Origin: Vicugna vicugna
Taxonomy: Eukaryota
Direction of reading: 5' to 3'
DNA: 64,000 nt
Assembly (NCBI GenBank): GCA_013265495.1
Contig: MU058337.1
Span: forward strand, 6,244,716-6,308,715
Shown: positions 59,201-64,000 of the stretch, one piece after another
Position numbering within the stretch: the first letter of the stretch is position 1
Layout: each line of letters opens with the position of its first letter
Position numbers and translations under genes: made by a program
The notes under the pieces: model-generated
Database searches by the model: none
What the model saw: only the letters and a program-made list of their open reading frames with translations
Told to the model about the DNA's origin: nothing

Positions 59201-62089
59201 GGACATGTCATTAGAGACATAAATTTTTACCCACTTCTGTTGTTTTCTTTCCTACATTTGTTAATTTTGGCTTGGGAATTGCAAAGAGAGGAAGAAAGGT
59301 AAAATTATAAGAAAAAGGAGAAGGGAAGTGGAAAGAGGACAGTAGACCGAGTAGATGGAGGGACTAGATGGAATGAGAGATGATACACACGAGGAGGGCA
59401 CCAGAGGATGGGGCCGCAGGAGTGGGGAGGGGCCAAGAGGAGGCTTGGAGAGCCAACACAACTCTGTCCTTGTGCCTACATCCTGTTCCTTCATCCCTCC
59501 TCTGGAACTCCTTTCCTAACACCACCCACGACCTTCTCCAGCCATTAGACCAGTCCCCGCAGTGGGCAATCCTGCAAAATGTGTGAGGGACTGTTCAGTC
59601 TGGGAGGGGCTCAGGGACCACCAGGGTGCAGAGAGAGGGGCACGAAGGCCTACCTGGAGGTGGGACTCGCCTGGTAGCAGAGCTTTCTGGCTGCACTGGG
59701 TGCTGGTTGTCTGAGTTGTGATGAGCTCACCTACCTTTGCCAGGGTCAGGCACTGTCTGTGAGGGAGGTAGCTGTTGAAGAAGAGGCTTCAGCTGTGTTC
59801 TCATTGCTTCAGAAAACTCATCTGGAGCTTCCTTCTGGGGAACTCAAAGTGAAAGTGTAAATCCGGGGAGTTCTCAGGTATGCAACTGTGTGGTTTAGTG
59901 GTTTCGTTTTGAGACTTTAGTTGAAGTCTTGGTTTTGCCAGCTGTGTGACCTTGAGCAAGTCCACTCAAAGGACCAATATTTGCACAAATCCAGGAGGCA
60001 AGATGTCTGATGGAGGAAATGATGGCTCTGGGCCTAATTTTAATGAACACATCTTTAGCGAGCTGGTCCAGGGGAGGGGTGTGAGGTGAGAGATGAGCAG
60101 GAGAAGAATCCGGAGATGCATGCCAATATCCACTGTTTAGGGCCTCCACACCATTTTGGCGAAACACACACACACATATGCACATACAAAGTACTACCAC
60201 AGAAATCTGATCCAATACAATGGAAGGGCTGGGGGAGGGCCAGCAAGCTGGGGAGACCTCACAGAAGTAGCCTTCAAGTTGTGTCTTGAAGAATAATTAG
60301 GAGTTTGTTGGGTAGACAGAGAGGGAAGGGTTACAGCTTGTACAAAGGCTTTGCACACAAGTGTCACACGCCGCAGCCAGGCATAGCCCAGCGGCAGTCC
60401 ACAATGGCCAGGGCCCCTTGAGGGAGACGACGTGTCGCTGGTGTGGAAATGCCGGTGGGGCTCCCTCCCCGCTACCCTGGAAGAAGCAGCACAGAGCTCC
60501 CCTGGAAGCTGCTGTGTGAATTTCAGTCCCTGGAAATCCCATGGAGGAAATAGACATGCTCCTTTCCTCATTTGGGAGTTTGGGTTATTAACACAGTTTT
60601 CCCAGAGACTCTAAGCCAGAAGTTCATGTTGGTTTTTATGTTCTTCCTTCCATGGAACTCAAAAGAGCCCATTAAAAGAAAGAAAATTAAGTCAGATGCC
60701 TATAGTGGATAGTCTTCTGAAGGAACTCTCCACCACAAAGCTATCTGAAATGGAATGTCATTTTTCTCTTGATTCTTTTACTGTGTCTGAATAACCAAGG
60801 CAATTTGATTCATTGTTTTAAAACAAAACCCAGCCAAGCCAGCTATGTGGCATTATGTAGCCCAAACCCCTCCCCACCTTCCCCAGTTTCTTTTCACTGA
60901 ATTTCTCCCCTTTAGCTAGGTATTTGAACATCACAGTAAAGTCAGTTGGTGTTTGGTCTCCTTTGTTTTTCATAAGATGGAGTTTCCAGTGTATCAGCTA
61001 TCTTATTTATGTAATGAAGGGAATCTGGAAAGTTCCTTCCAGGGCTTAGACTAATCTCTGGGACCATGTCCAGTTTTCTGTATGTCTACGTGCTGCACAC
61101 ATAGTGTGAGAGAGAAATTGATTTTGACCAACTGAGAAGTCTGACATTGTTGCAGGATCCCCCTCTCTGTCAATAGGAAGGCACAGGTGATTCAAGAGTG
61201 AGTTGTTTTCTACTCTTCCTGTCGATAGAAAGCTTTGTCTTTGATTTAGGGTTCGGTAGTTATACCCCGGGAAATGTGGTCCCCTCTGCCCTTCCTGAAT
61301 GCCATCCTGATTCCTGAACAAGTGCTCATATTGGAGAAAAACACTTCGAGTTGGCCAAATTCTGTCCTAAGACTGAGCACAGCTTTCCAATTCCCTGCGT
61401 CCGGCCAAGGGCAGAATGAGGCCAGGGCCCAGTGTGTTTGATCCCTTAGCCAATATGACAGGCTATTTACAAACACGCAGAAGGGTTGACTTCGTTCCTC
61501 AGACCTCAGGCAGAACTCTGGTTTCAGGACTGCAGCCTGGTGGAACTCCTAGGGACCAAAAGAAGAGGGAGATGAAATAGGTGAAAAAAGTGACTGGTTT
61601 TCAAGGCATATGGCATGTAGTTTTTCAGAGGCTTTAAATTCTTAATTTGCACCTCTCTTGTTACTGTCGCTATAGTAGCCAGTGGCACTTCTTTTGTTTT
61701 GACATCTGACATTATTTTACGCTTTTGCTCTTCCTTTCATTTCACACAACGGCATTTTAATTTTAAAAGAAAAGTGCATCCGGAACCAGTCCTACGGCTT
61801 TCAGACTAGCTGTCTGGCGTCCAGTCGCGCTCAACAGATGTTTGTTGAATGAATAAACGAATGAGTGAAATGATTCTCTTGAAAAAGTTCCAAGAATCTT
61901 TACTTTCAGCAAAGTTTTCGGCACCCTCACCCGCCCAAGTATCCTTTATGGATTTCAGAGATAAACTGGCAAAGTTAGACTTTTTGGAGAAACTCCACCA
62001 AAAAGCTGTCTGAAAGAGAATGTTCATTTTCCTTTTGATTCTAATACTGGGCTTGAATAACAAGCGCAATTCCACTCAAAGACTGAAAA

Positions 62090-63430
62090 GCAAAGGGACC
62101 CGGATCCTCCGCAGGTCCCCCGGCCAGGGATCGGCTCCGAGCTGGACAGGTTAAGGGCGCAGGGCTCGGGTCAGGGAGACCAGGACCGGGAGATGGGCCT
62201 GGCGCTTGTGTCCCGCCCTGGGTCTCGTGCCGGCGCCTGAACGCGGCGCCGACTCCGGGCTGGAGGGACACAGGGGCCGGCGGGTCCCCAGGGCGGGCGC
62301 GAGGGCCCCGCGCAGGTGCCGGGCCTCGCGCGGGGTGCGACGGGGGTGCGCGGGGCCTGGGAGACCCGAGAGAGACGTTATTGTTACACTGTAACGAGTC
62401 TGATTAACATGCTCCTGACACTTTCTCTTAGTTTCTCGGGCTCCTAGCAACAGCGCACAAAGGCGCGGGATTGTCCCGGGCTCCGCGGGGACACGGGGCA
62501 GCCTTTGATCTGCTACCAATACAGCGGGGCAGCGCGACAGGCTCGCAGGCTCCGGGCGGCCCGCGGTCCCGGCCCACTGGGCGCCCCAGCCCCGTCTGCC
62601 CGACGGCCGCAGCTCCGGGAGCGGCCAACGCGCGGGACGGGGCCGCGGGTCTCCGCGTGGGTGCGCCCTCGGCCTCGGGCCTCGGGCAGCTCGGGCGGCC
62701 GGGCGCGGACCTGGCAGGTCCCGGCCCCGCGCGCGCACATCCTTCCGACGGGGCGCGCGGCTCCCGAGCTCGCCCGCCCTTACCGTCGCAAGAAACAAAC
62801 AGTAAAACCGAGCGGGTCACGTACAATTCCAGAAAACAAAAATAAAAAAAATAAAAAAAGACGGAAGCAAGCGATAAACAAACCCCAAAAGATTTCATAG
62901 AACATTAAAAAAAATTTAAAAATTCTTCAGGCTGCAGCCCGTTTTGCTGTTAACTGGGCTCGATCGGCAGCAAACCACCAAAAGCCACTAACGATGAATT
63001 CGGTTCCTTCCTACACATCACTTTCTTTACGTTGTGGGCAATTCTTACTGATTCGGAAGGATATGTGCTGCCAAATAATTGATGAAATGTAAACAAACCG
63101 CCACCACCATAACCCGTCACAGAAGAGCATAAAGCCGCCGGTCCCACCGCGCAAGCTTCCAGGTACTAAGCTAGGTATTTGAAAGTAATGTATTTTCCAT
63201 TTTGTTCGTTCTCTTAACCCCCTACCCTACCCCGATTTACAATGAAGCGCGGAAAGAAAGACTAAGGTTTTAACATTGAAATTTTGAGCTCTGCTAATTA
63301 CTTTCGCCCTACGTAGCAATGTGAAAACCTTGCGGGAGGAGGGTCTCCGGGCCGGGAGGGCAGCGTTCCCGAGCCTGGGGCACAAGCTTTACCGTTACAG
63401 ACCAGTTCGGTGACCCTCGGCAGCATTAAT
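62090..63430. promoter_or_regulatory. Orphan CpG island near the right edge
   Basis: Very CpG-dense at 62090-62820, with CpGs retained in the AT-richer flank to about 63430; no credible CDS. Confidence 0.85.
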
Positions 63431-64000
63431 ATGCACAAGATCCTGCTGTTAATCTCAGAACCCGTTTTGTATCATCCATTGCCCACCAAGTACTAGAGGT
63501 AAAAATAAAAATCAAAACGGAAGACATTTAGCTTTCCAAAAGAAACAGAAACCATAAAAGCAGAATGCCCTTCAAATAAAGAAGCAAATATTATCTCCTC
63601 CTCTTAAGACATCATTAGAAAATTCACCATCCCTACTGAAGGTCAGTTGCCCGACCTCCCGCAGAACTATTAGGGGCTGGGGTGTTCATGATAGTAACAC
63701 GCAATATTTTAGAAGAGGGGAGAAAAAAACCTATATGGTTAGTTCCGTTAACCCAGCAAAGTATGCCAGGCAACGAGTTACTTTCAAATTCAAATTGGAG
63801 GAACCAGGTCTTCATTCTTGAAGTTACTTTTCCCAGTCAGTCCTTGGAGGAGAGGGCAGCCAGCGGCTCAATGCTTGTAAACCTGAAGGGAACTGCACTC
63901 AGATGCCGGGGAACTTCCCAACTTGTGCTCAGGGACAGTGCCTGACTGGAGTTCCCCCTCACCATTTCAATAAAACATGATTGTATTGATATAATCCTCT

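Noticed and set aside
61806..62900. Possible CLYBL terminal exon or other coding sequence at the right-hand island
   Set aside because: No translation resembles CLYBL; the ORFs are GC-driven.
1..64000. CRISPR array, prokaryotic operon, rRNA or intact autonomous transposon
   Set aside because: No regularly spaced repeats with unique spacers, no long RT or transposase ORFs, and the sequence is clearly mammalian.

Overview
Mammalian genomic DNA, probably a camelid (alpaca, llama or camel), judged from two vic-1-like tRNA-derived SINEs. The only protein-coding gene I can support is ZIC5 on the + strand, with two coding exons at 5936-7463 and 11777-12219, a GT-AG phase-1 intron and a 656-aa C2H2 zinc-finger product (632 aa from the second ATG). 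It has a CCAAT/GC-box CpG-island promoter and a ~2.3 kb 3' UTR ending near an AATAAA at 14487. The first ~24 kb is almost free of transposons and holds CpG islands and enhancer-like blocks rich in homeodomain, TALE, SOX and TCF motifs. The rest is ordinary intergenic DNA with old L1, L2, MIR, MaLR and hAT relics, plus an enhancer-like block near 50 kb carrying a 42-bp near-perfect palindrome and an orphan CpG island at 62-63.4 kb. By known mammalian synteny (not visible here), ZIC2 should lie head-to-head beyond the left edge and the 3' end of CLYBL beyond the right edge. I found no evidence for a new multi-gene system; the best leads are regulatory. Repeat family names come from recalled consensus sequences and repeat boundaries are approximate.
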